A DNA stretch of 55,159 nucleotides, the filler included, from Basidiobolus ranarum (lineage: Eukaryota), in assembly GCA_040143965.1 (NCBI GenBank). It is 3 parts of 3 records of this genome, joined end to end, with 100 filler letters (N's around TTAATTAATTAA, not from the genome) between each part and the next. Parts side by side here need not be neighbours in the genome. Positions count along the whole stretch, not along the records: positions 1 to 18,380 come from JASJQH010007153.1; positions 18,481 to 36,800 come from JASJQH010007155.1; 1 more part is not named here. One strand, given 5' to 3'. The notes under the pieces were generated by a model. The model searched no databases. It was not told where the DNA came from and worked only from the letters and a program-made list of their open reading frames with translations. Positions 12,689 to 22,575 of the stretch are shown here, in pieces (the first letter of the stretch is position 1; each line of letters begins with the position of its first letter). A program made the position numbers and the translations under genes.

Positions 12689-13932
12689 ATGGGACCTTTT
12701 GAAAATGTTCGTGATAAGCTGAGGTAAGTTTACTTCATGCAGGGTTATTTTGAGGATTTCTATTTCTAAAAGTAAGTACTTTGCAGGCGTTCAGATAACC
12801 TTAGAAATTCGTTGGCAGGTGCCGGGGCTGGTTGCGTGGCTTCGATTGTAACGTGCCCGTTGGATGTGGTCAAGACGAAACTTCAAAACCAAGGTCGCTA
12901 CGATAAAGGCCACTATCGAGGGACTTTTAGTGAGTATTATTACATATATGTATAGTTATAAAAATTCTAAATGGTTTTGGAATTTAGCGTTATTGATATT
13001 TGATTAATTAACTGCTGTCAGGTACTCTAAGCAGAATATGGAAAGAAAATGGTGTCCGTGGCTGGTACCGAGGATTAGGCCCTACAATATATGGATATCT
13101 ACCTACCTGGGCCATTTATTTTACTGTGTACGATTATCTAAAGCACGAACTTCCGGGTTCAAGTTAGTCTTTTTCACTATGATGTTGTTGTTTTGACCAG
13201 TAAATATTAACATCTCTGTACGAAAGTTGGCAATAACAATCCATTAGTGTTCATGCTCTCTGCTATGGGAGCTGGTGCTGTTAGTTCTACAGCAACCAAC
13301 CCCTTGTGGGTGATAAAGACCCGATTCATGGTATTTGCGTTCATTTACGAGGGATTTCTTTGAAAACGCTCTCACATATCGATAAATACCATATGTAGAC
13401 CCAATCTTCCACTACATCATACCATTACAAAAATACATTCCACGCATTCAAGACCATCTGGCTAGAGGAGGGGATTCATGGATTCTATAAGGGGCTAGTG
13501 CCCAGTCTCTTTGGACTGTTACATGTAGCGGTTCAATTCCCGCTATATGAATATTTGAAAGTTTCCCTAAGTAGTTGACTCCTCCATTTTCTAAATACCT
13601 AATGCACAATGTTGACTAATTCCATTACAAATTCAGAACCTGAAGATGGGGATTTACCTACTTCCTCTATTCTCTTTGCTTCATCGACCTCCAAGATGGC
13701 AGCCAGTATCGCCACCTATCCCCATGAAGTTATACGAACACGCCTACAAAATCAAACCACACGACCATTTCGATACGGTGGGATTAGACACACCATTTCT
13801 ACCATTTATCGAGAAGAGGGTTGGGTCGCATTTTACAAGGGAATGCCAACGAATCTCTTACGTACTGTTCCTGCCAGTGCCTTAACCATATTAACATATG
13901 AAGTGATTGCAAATAGTCTTGGTAAAATCTAG
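12689..13932 (+). CDS. Mitochondrial carrier (SLC25), NAD+ transporter-like (Ndt1/Yia6 clade)
   Basis: Three carrier signatures: [22 protein letters not shown] and [11 protein letters not shown]. Also [14 protein letters not shown] and [10 protein letters not shown]. Confidence 0.88.
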
Positions 13933-14427
13933 AGAATTTCTCTAAAATTTATCTTCATCAATAACCAGATTTAATCTTCCCGCAAAATCCCATATTATTA
14001 AGCATTTTTATGTACATAATAAAGATCCCCTTTTTTTCCTTCTATTATTATTGCACTTTATATCATGGGAACTGAAGGAAGGGAAAGAAAGGGGAAAGAG
14101 AAAGAGAATCACTTTAATTAATATAAGGTTGATGTATGCCAAAACGAAAAGATTGAGTGAGAAATGAATGAAGATATATAGAAAATTGTGGTGAATTGTT
14201 GAAGAATATCAAAAATCAAGCTTTGAAGTAAAGAAATAAAACATTCAAGGATTCACAGCAATCATGAACATATATAAAAAGAAATCAATGGAAAAATGCT
14301 TTCTAGGTCGAACAATATCAGAGAACCAACCAGATATTGTAATATTTGTAAAGTCAACTAATTCTAACGTGGTAGTTTCCCCTTCTTGAAGTTGAGTTTT
14401 CGGTTGGAGTAGGAACAGGGTTTAGCT

Positions 14428-15378
14428 TCAGAGCCCAATAGAATAAACCTTCTCTAGGCTTTGCTTTTGAATGGCCACGTCACAAAACCTAACACAAAGA
14501 AGTTTAGTAAGGTTCGCTAGAAACACCATAAAAGCATTCTACAACATACTGTTTAAGACGCTCATTTTCGGCACCCATATGTTCAAGTTGGGCGATCAGA
14601 GCGATCTGAATGTTCTTCAAATGCTGTAGGTATTGAACAGCTATAACCAAGGAAGGAATATGTTATTAAAATGACACTAGCAACCCGACAGAAGAGATCA
14701 AACGTACTTTTATAAAGGATGGCCGCTTTACTAATTTTCTTGTTACTGCAATTTGGTAAATGACATTTTAACTCCTCAAATCCATCTTTTATCTGTGCTC
14801 TTCGTTTCTGTTCTGATTGAATATGTATTTGCCGTCTGATTTCCGCATTAGACAATCCACCTGACGAACCAGAATTTAGGATACTACATCCGAAAATCCT
14901 TTAGCTATGGAACAGCACTGACAATAATCTCATATCTATGCTTACCTGGACTGCTCACTTGCTGATAGTTCATCCGTTACTTCTTGGTAATCCTCAGGAT
15001 CACTCCGTTTCCGTTTCGTGGGTGGACCATTGGACAGCTGATCCAAAATCTCCTGCGAGTATTCAGGAAAGTCCGATAGAAACGTCTCAGAGGCGGTAGA
15101 TGATTCAGGAGAAGCCTCTGGCAATGATACATAGCCCATGTCCGCTGGAAAGAACTCAGCCGGAAGGGATAATGGATCAAAAGTGAATCCTGGAACTTCA
15201 GTGGAATATTGTTCTGTGAGAAGTTAGTATTACTGCATTAAGATAGAGATAAGCATAGAATATGACAAAGCCCACAAAACCCACCTGAATAAACTAATGA
15301 TTCCATAGTTTGCTTCGTCTTGCCGATGTCATAAGGAAAGTAAAACAGTTGTTCATCTTCATAAGCACGAAGCGACAT
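14428..15378 (-). CDS. bHLH-leucine zipper transcription factor (Max/Mlx-like), multi-exon
   Basis: RRQIHIQSEQKRRAQIKDGFEELK...SKAAILYK, spliced to TVQYLQHLK...LEHMGAENERLK (zipper). NLS-like KRKR. Confidence 0.82.
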
Positions 15379-16150
15379 AGTATGAACTTCAAAAGGTACA
15401 GGGAGGGTATTTGAGATGATTGCTGTTAACGGAAAGAGACTCTGGATATAAAAAGTGACTAATTGCTCCCACAAATGGCTACTTGGGAGAGGTTAGAAAT
15501 AGAAAGACTTGGATGTAGATCTCTTGATTCAATTCTCAAGTGTGAATATTTATAGTATACTCCAGCTCACATCTCACCTCACATCCCACTATTGATGAAC
15601 TGATCTCCCACATTTCAACACGTTCAAGTACTCCTGAAATACCCCTAGTTTACTGCTGCAACTGAAGCTTTTGTTACTTTGAATTCATGGACTTTGCATA
15701 GAAATATCAGTTGTTTATGCCACACGACGTTCCAAACTGTATATATCAGCTGCTTGTTTACGAATCTCAGGCAAACACTAGTTTGAGAACACGTCTCAAC
15801 GATCCCATTGATCAACCTAACCCATTTATAGGCCTAAAAAGACTCATGTAGATCCTCCCAGTTACTATTATACAAGCTGTTGATGTAAATCTGGGCAAAC
15901 TCCGCATCCTAATTTGGCATCAAACAGGGATATGTCAACTCATTATTCTCTACTGAATAATTGTTTGTTAATATTAGAACGCAGCTCAGGGGAAGTATGC
16001 AAAATGCAACAACTGATGTAACGAAAACGATGCTTTTTTGGAATTCAAATCTTTTTTATTTTACATTATTAAACTGTGTATGCCTAAAATCAATGTATGG
16101 TTAATAATTGTTTTGGTTAAAACTGGAAATTATCCAAAATTATCAAGATT

Positions 16151-16226
16151 TGACCTCAGAGATCTTGGTGATAATAAAGAAATCCACATATAGATTCAGG
16201 GTAGCGAATTTTTTTAATCATCGATC
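16151..16226 (-). ncRNA. Box C/D snoRNA U24/snR24-like, copy 1
   Basis: C box AUGAUUA, D' CUGA, C'-like AUGUGGA, and D guide UUAUCACCAAGAUCU-CUGA matching yeast snR24 as recalled. Flanking inverted repeat at 16139-16240. Confidence 0.88.
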
Positions 16227-16387
16227 ATAATCTTGATAATTTGGTTGAGGATTTGGTTACTTACGTCGTATATACAACTGACAGGGGCGCGAGCAGTTTA
16301 GTGCGTGTCATACTATTAATAATACTGGTGAAATGGGTAAGTGAAATGGGTTAGGTTATGAATAAACGATGAAGCTATGTCAAGATT

Positions 16388-16463
16388 AGACCTCAGAGAT
16401 CTTGGTGATAATATAGGATCCACATGATTATTCAGGGAAGCGAAATGTTTTAATCATTGGTCT
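16388..16463 (-). ncRNA. Box C/D snoRNA U24/snR24-like, copy 2
   Basis: Same boxes and D guide as copy 1, with a terminal stem. D' guide is CAUUUCGCUUCC. Confidence 0.88.
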
Positions 16464-16628
16464 TCTCTTGGCTAACTTCACGTTCATAAATGAATCATTA
16501 CTTACCATGTTAATTTACAGTCGGTGTGGGCAATCCTTTTTCTAGAGAAGGCACTAGGGAAGGCACATAAACTAAAGGTTGATTAGTGAATGGTTCAATG
16601 AAGTGTGAATTCAAAGAAATAGTATTGG

Positions 16629-16732
16629 ATCTTCAGTAAAAATGTGGTCTCATTCGAGCAAAACCGCATGTGACGTCCGGCAAGACGTCGCGGAAGTTTG
16701 CCTTTCAAACGCAAATTACACCATCACGAGAA
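16629..16732 (-). ncRNA. Box C/D snoRNA U16/snR87-like, copy 1
   Basis: C box GUGAUGG; guide GUAAUUUGCG complementary to 18S CGCAAAUUAC; D' UUGA; long internal hairpin; ends UUUUUACUGA. Confidence 0.85.
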
Positions 16733-16857
16733 CAGACAGAGGGGCGAAGTAAATATCAAGATAACTTACCATAATGTGTTTGCAACTCTGTGTGGAGAGC
16801 AAAGCTTGCTGAGAGGTGCTTCTACATTATTCAAATTCTAAACGTATTTATTGAAAA

Positions 16858-16871
16858 CCTTAGACATGGGT
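16858..16871 (-). promoter_or_regulatory. Conserved upstream element ACCCATGTYTAAGG of the snoRNA host genes (second copy at 18367-18380)
   Basis: 13/14 identical between the two host copies, in otherwise diverged flanks upstream of the first donor site. Confidence 0.4.
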
Positions 16872-17253
16872 CATACATTCAATCAACCAATTATGCTCCG
16901 AAGAATATCATGGAATTTCTTTTTTTCCTCATCCAATTGGATTACGCTGGAATTGTTATTATCAGGAAATGTTTTTCAACGTTGGTTTTCAATGAATTGT
17001 GCCTGTATGGTTTTCGCTAGTTTATATCCTTCTATTATTGTCAGTGAGAATGTTAAATCTGGTTGATGTAAATTCGTGGTAAATGTACTAAGGGAATTTC
17101 AGTGACAATGAATCATTGTATACGGTGATTTATATCTGTTGTATCGGATGTTTGAAAGTCATTAAGGTTTAAATGTCGTCTCAATCGCACCTATTGCGTG
17201 GTGTGTTGTGATTTCTTCACTTAACACTAACACTAACTCCCCTCTCTTCAAAC

Positions 17254-17756
17254 ATGTGGCTTTTAACCACCCTAATCTATGTCACAACCATAGTTATAAC
17301 TACGGTGATTGGAGGTATAGTTATCAATTACATTGATTTAGTGAACGCAATAGTAATGGAAACATATTCTCAGATCAAATTACCATTGCCAATCCTCTAC
17401 CTTACTCCGTGATTGTAGCGAGTCGACCATTTAATATCACATTAGAATTAGAGGTATCTGGAGGTTTACACACTCCCAAAATTCAATTAGATATCTTAAC
17501 TAAAGATGGTAAGGAGCTATATACAAAAATCCACCAATTTACCGGTCCAGAGTTACTTGAAAAACCAGGTAATGTTGAATGGGCTTTCCCAATTGAAAGC
17601 CCTGAAGAACACTACACCATTCGAGCTTCTGGGGATGCTGAGTACACTAGTGAGTCACAAGTGGTTAAGGTCCACATGGAACGTCAAATCAGGGTATTTG
17701 TTCAACGACCGTTGAGTAAACCTAGCTATAAACTAAATTTGAAACGATCGAGATGA
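17254..17756 (+). CDS. Small secreted protein of about 147 aa, unknown function
   Basis: Hydrophobic N-terminal exon 17254-17314 (MWLLTTLIYVTTIVITTVIG), intron to 17373, in frame with ORF 17409-17756. AATAAA at about 17785. Confidence 0.7.
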
Positions 17757-17937
17757 TTCTTTTGCCACGTAAAAAATATATACCAATAAACTTTTCGTTC
17801 TTAAAATAGTTTTATTTTCATGAATTATGTACAATTGAAATTTGCATGATTTCGCTTCAAATACCCTAATAATAGTAGTGTGATATTAGTAGATGTTTCC
17901 AAAATTATGGAGAAATGTTGAAAGAAATATCAAGATG

Positions 17938-18013
17938 AGATCTCAGAGATCTTGGTGATAATATAGAGATCCACATGTGCATTCAGGGAAGCGAAATGTT
18001 TTAATCATTGGCC
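17938..18013 (-). ncRNA. Box C/D snoRNA U24/snR24-like, copy 3
   Basis: Same boxes and guides as copy 2, with terminal stem CAAGAUGAG/CUCAUCUUG (17931-18021). Confidence 0.88.
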
Positions 18014-18171
18014 TCATCTTGTGACTTCACGTTTGTATAGATATGACGAATACATACCAGGCAAATTTACAGTTGGTCCGGATTTACGGAACAGCTTCCT
18101 AAACAGTAAAGCTAAAGATACTATTAGCTTATGGTTTGGAGATTTAAAGCGATGTAAAGATATGGTATTAA

Positions 18172-18275
18172 ATCTTCAGTAAAAATGTGGTCTCATTTGA
18201 GCAAACCCGCATGTGACATCCGGCAAGACGTCGCGGAAATTTGCCTTTCAAACGCAAATTACACCATCATAAGAA
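18172..18275 (-). ncRNA. Box C/D snoRNA U16/snR87-like, copy 2
   Basis: Near-identical to 16629-16732, with C box AUGAUGG. The substitutions are compatible with the internal hairpin. Confidence 0.85.
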
Positions 18276-18380
18276 ATTAAGAATATCAAAATATAGAGAA
18301 GTGGACTTACCATGACCAAAATTGATAATGATTATTCATCATTTTTCGAGACTCTTTTATACTTATCCTTAAACATGGGT

Positions 18381-18480
18381 NNNNNNNNNNNNNNNNNNNN
18401 NNNNNNNNNNNNNNNNNNNNNNNNTTAATTAATTAANNNNNNNNNNNNNNNNNNNNNNNNNNNNNNNNNNNNNNNNNNNN
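18381..18480. other. Assembly gap (N-run with TTAATTAATTAA linker)
   Basis: Same 100-nt spacer as at 36801-36900; the linker puts stops in all frames. Confidence 0.95.
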
Positions 18481-19338
18481 GTAAGAAATTAGAAACAACA
18501 GTTGGTCAACTTTCTCATATCTATCAGTAACATTCAGTTGACTATAGATGGAGACGAAAGGTAACTCACCTCTTCTCACTTTACAATGGCCTACTTGAGT
18601 ACAATTTCAATAGATTTTTATGGAATTAATGGGAGAATTAGTCAAATTAGATTTCTTCAGCCATTCGAAATGTGCTTCTCATTACCAATGGATGTGTTAG
18701 TTTGTATTTGATAAATCTCCTTAAGTAATAAACTCCGTAACAATCAACTTGTCGCTAATTAATCTACCCTATCCTCCCTTGGTTGTTTCGGAAAACAAGT
18801 CTTGCTTAAACCATGAAATCACTTTATCCTTCGTCAGATGTGGATGTGGATGTGGATATAGATGTTGACATATGTGGACTATAAACGCCTGCTGTCAATT
18901 GAAAATCTCTTGAATTTCTATTTGCATGAATGAACCAGATAGCTTATTGGCCTTGATGAAATCAATTATTCTATTTTGTTTAGACTGTTAGGGATTAGGG
19001 AGATGAGTAGGGGCAAACAAAGTCTATCCAAGCGAAAAAAAACCCTCCACTGCATAAGCTTACCAATAGAACCATGTGATTCCATTCGATTATTTATTAA
19101 GTGATTCATTCCAATGAGTCATCAGTATATGCGCCTATATATATACATGAAAGTTGATGGATAGATTAGTAATTCTTGCTTTTGATTTGTTCATCATGAA
19201 ACACAATATATATATATAGAATCAAGAAAGGAAAATTGTGGAATATTGTGCTTTACAGTGTGATCATAATAATACATTCAAAATAGATGCGAGGCTAGTT
19301 GAATCAAATTGAATAGTAGTAGTGAAGTGAAGTCAAAT

Positions 19339-22300
19339 TCAATGAGTTTCCATCCTCCACTCCAAAATAATAGAGGAGATTAGATAAGCAACAAAATTAA
19401 AAATCAGCATAATTCCTAAAGACAATGGGAGTCGGAACTTGTAATAGAATGCAAGTAATACCCCACTAAGAATTACCACACTGAACAACAAAAATCCAAA
19501 TCCTAACCAAATCGTTGGTGAGATAGGCGGAAGGGAGATGGTGGCCATGGACAGACTGGCCCCTGCTGGTCTGGACTGGAAACATCCGATCAGTAGAGTG
19601 ATTCCTAACGTCAACAATAGATTTTGTATAGGTCCAGCCCAAACCGCTGTAAATGCAACTCTAAAGAATCCTGCTCTTGCCATGGAAACATCCGCAAAAA
19701 AATCTCCCAAAGAGTTTCCCCATGCCAGCACAGTTAGCCCAATAATGGCCTTTGAAAGCGACAATATCGTGCCAAGAGAGGCTAACAATGCAACTATCTC
19801 GTTAGATACAACATATATCCATAGAATAGACATTGCGAATGTGATAAACGCGCAGAGTAACTCGTATAAGTACAAAACTGTGGCGATTTTGATGGAGCGG
19901 AGTGGAACATGGCATGGGTTGGATTCAGAGTAAACACCTTTACAGTATGCCATCAGAAGAAATTTTAGGTATCTAGCTATGTTTCTTTCGTCAGTAGAAA
20001 GTGATATAGGCTCTCCATTTGAGCTGGTGTTTAGTGAAGGCGAATATAATGTAGCGGATGAGGGGGTGGGCGAACTATTTAATCGGGGGCTTAATAAGGA
20101 TTTGGCGTCCAGATATCCCGCAAACCCACTCCCAAAGTCTGTTGCAATGGTTGAAATAGGGTAGGTAACGACACATCCAAGGATAATCAGCAAAGCCGCT
20201 ATTATAAGCAAGGCAAGTCGACCTGTAGCCTGGGGGTTGAATCCTGTTAAATAAATTACCAGTAAAATGGCGGTGATTGGATATATAGTGGATAGTATAC
20301 GGTATTTCAAGAACCGATGGACTGGGACGTGTGTTAAGTGGTAAATAAATCGAATCATTGCCTTACGAGGTAAAGGCCACCACCATGGGGCCTTTCTAAT
20401 ATTTTCTGACATGGCTCCGTTGTCCAAAGAGCGAATGGCAGAATTACTTGTGGAGTTGGTCATGAAAATCGAGTTAACCAACTCTGGAGATGGTTGAATA
20501 TTAGAGGCATCGGAGGCATTGCTACTTTGCACTCCGCCTGACATGAACGATCTTTGAGAGGCGGACGGACGGACACATCTGATGGAATCTTTTCGTCCCA
20601 TACATCTCGTATAGGTGTTGGATGTTGATGGAACAACAACATTAGAGTCAGAGCTAGGGACAGTCAACAATTTATTTTGACGAGATGGAAGGTGTATGTG
20701 TTCTTCCGAGTTTTTGGTGCTTTCTGAACCCAAAGTTACCGACTGTTTTTCGTGCTCTACGATATGGCACCCGCACGCGTATCGGATCATGTTAGAGTTA
20801 AGGATGTCTTCAGCGTATTCTTCCGGAATTTGTGTATTCATGGCAATTTCTTCAAGATTATCCTCATCCTCCTCACGTATATCATCATCCACCTCACTAA
20901 TCATGTCGGAAAGAAACGGAGGCATTGACAAACATATCAAACACCGAATGGGGATCATGAAGATCCAGAAGAGAGTACAGAAAGCCTCAACACCTACTTT
21001 GATCCATTGGATTGCGGATGTTGGTTTAGTGACGCGGCAGCGATCCTTGATGGCGTTGACGATGTCACTATCCTCATAAAAATGTAGCTTCATTAAACTG
21101 AAGATATTGTAGGACGTGTTCCTCTGCTGAGTCTCCTCTTTTTCTACATAAAATTCGGAATTCTTATCATTAGTGTCTGTCGAGTCACAGTTCTCCTCAG
21201 AAACAACAACTGTGGGAACTGCTCTGTCCTGGGTACTCGCCGGCTCTCCAAATCGAGTGGTATTGATTGGATCAGGTTTGTTTGCTCTTAATAGATAGTT
21301 TCGTTGGTGATGATTGGTTCCGGCAAATGCACCACTAATAAGAGGTTAATTAAACATTCATGTTAATAGATAATGGAAACATTAATCAACTGACCTTTCA
21401 TCTGTGATTTGGGGATTTGCATTATCAGCATCAGTCACAACCAGCTTGGGAATTGTGAGACCTAGTACATTTGAATACTCGTCGGTAGTGGGCGAGGAAG
21501 CGGGTTTAACACCAGAGAGCGTTGTGGAATTTGTACGAGGCGTGCCGTTCTGTGCATCCAAATTTGACGGAACCGACTCGAACGAGTTACCGTGATTATT
21601 TGATATTGGTTCGAGAGCGAGCTGCTGGGATCTGGTGTTTCCCTCTCTCTTCTTTCTGAGTGCTCGTTTAAGGTAAAAATGTCTACCAATAAAGAACGCC
21701 AGAAAGAAGATATAGTACAATAGTAGAATGACAGGCTCAAACCAGTGAACCGTTCCATCATCAAAAATCACAATCAAGATGATGACTGCAATCGTATAGA
21801 TTGTCATATTACGAAGATGTGAGAATTTGTCTATAGCGATACCACGAAACTCCACCACAAGATTCGGAAAAGAGTATTGTTTGGGGGCTTTGAGACGAAG
21901 GGCCCGTGTTATAGACTGTAATCTTCTCCTCAATCTCACGAAAGACTCTGGGTTACTCACAGATGGACGTCTCTCCAGCTCAGCACCCAAGGGCTCCACG
22001 TGCTGTGTTTCCGTATGGGTATTTTGAGGCAAAGTTATCATGGTATTTTTATGTCGATAATAGGAGGCTATAATGATACTTCCTAAAACAACGTTAAGGA
22101 TAAACATACCACTTCCTACCGTCGCACCAAAAATTAGATCAAAATCCCCAGAGCTCACTCCGGCAAATGCCGTGAACAAGTCTGGAGCACCGTTACCAAA
22201 AGAGAGTAGTGTTAGACCGGCAACTTCGCTACTGAGTCTGAGGTGATCGGATATGCTTTGGAGTGCAGTGGTAAGATGAACATCACTAACTCTGAAAAGA

Positions 22301-22575
22301 GCATAGAAGTAAGCTATTGTTAAGAACACAGCTAGTACAAAAAACCAGCCGACATTTTGGGAAGATATTCTGCAATAACGAAGTTCCAAATAATTAATAA
22401 GCCCTGCTTCATCTCCACAATATGCACGTACGAATGCACAAGGATCTGCATGTGCACTTGGACGTGTACATTTCGTATTTGTGTCATCAGAATCCTGTGC
22501 ATTTGCGAAGCTAATCAACAGTAAAAGTATTATGGGGATGAGAGAACTTAACCGAGGCCGGGTAAAGGGCTTCAT
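19339..22575 (-). CDS. Cation/Ca2+ exchanger (CCX/NCLX/Ecm27-like), one intron at 21394-21335
   Basis: Alpha-1 repeat AGLTLLSFGNGAPD and alpha-2 repeat GLTVLAWGNSLGD. Signal peptide and 'CAFVRAYC...GLINYLELRYC'. Splicing joins the two ORFs in frame. Confidence 0.9.

Larger units (their letters stand above)
16040..16800 (-). ncRNA. Putative non-coding snoRNA host gene A (4 exons, 3 snoRNA-containing introns)
   Basis: GTAAGT donors at 16769, 16505 and 16264; branch-like and YAG acceptors at 16572, 16278 and 16084; AATAAA near 16055. The spliced product has no conserved ORF. Ends are approximate. Confidence 0.7.
17800..18340 (-). ncRNA. Putative non-coding snoRNA host gene B (3 exons, 2 snoRNA-containing introns)
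   Basis: Donors GTAAGT at 18310 and GTATGT at 18057; CTAAT branch sites with TAG acceptors at 18112 and 17866; AATAAA near 17812. Ends are approximate. Confidence 0.68.

Noticed and set aside
16141-18275. Dispersed repeats read as a CRISPR array or MITE family
   Set aside because: Eukaryotic context with no regular spacers or target-site duplications. C/D boxes, rRNA-complementary guides and intronic placement explain them as snoRNAs.
18425-18436. Palindromic TTAATTAATTAA inside the N-runs (also at 36845-36856)
   Set aside because: Artificial contig linker, not biological.
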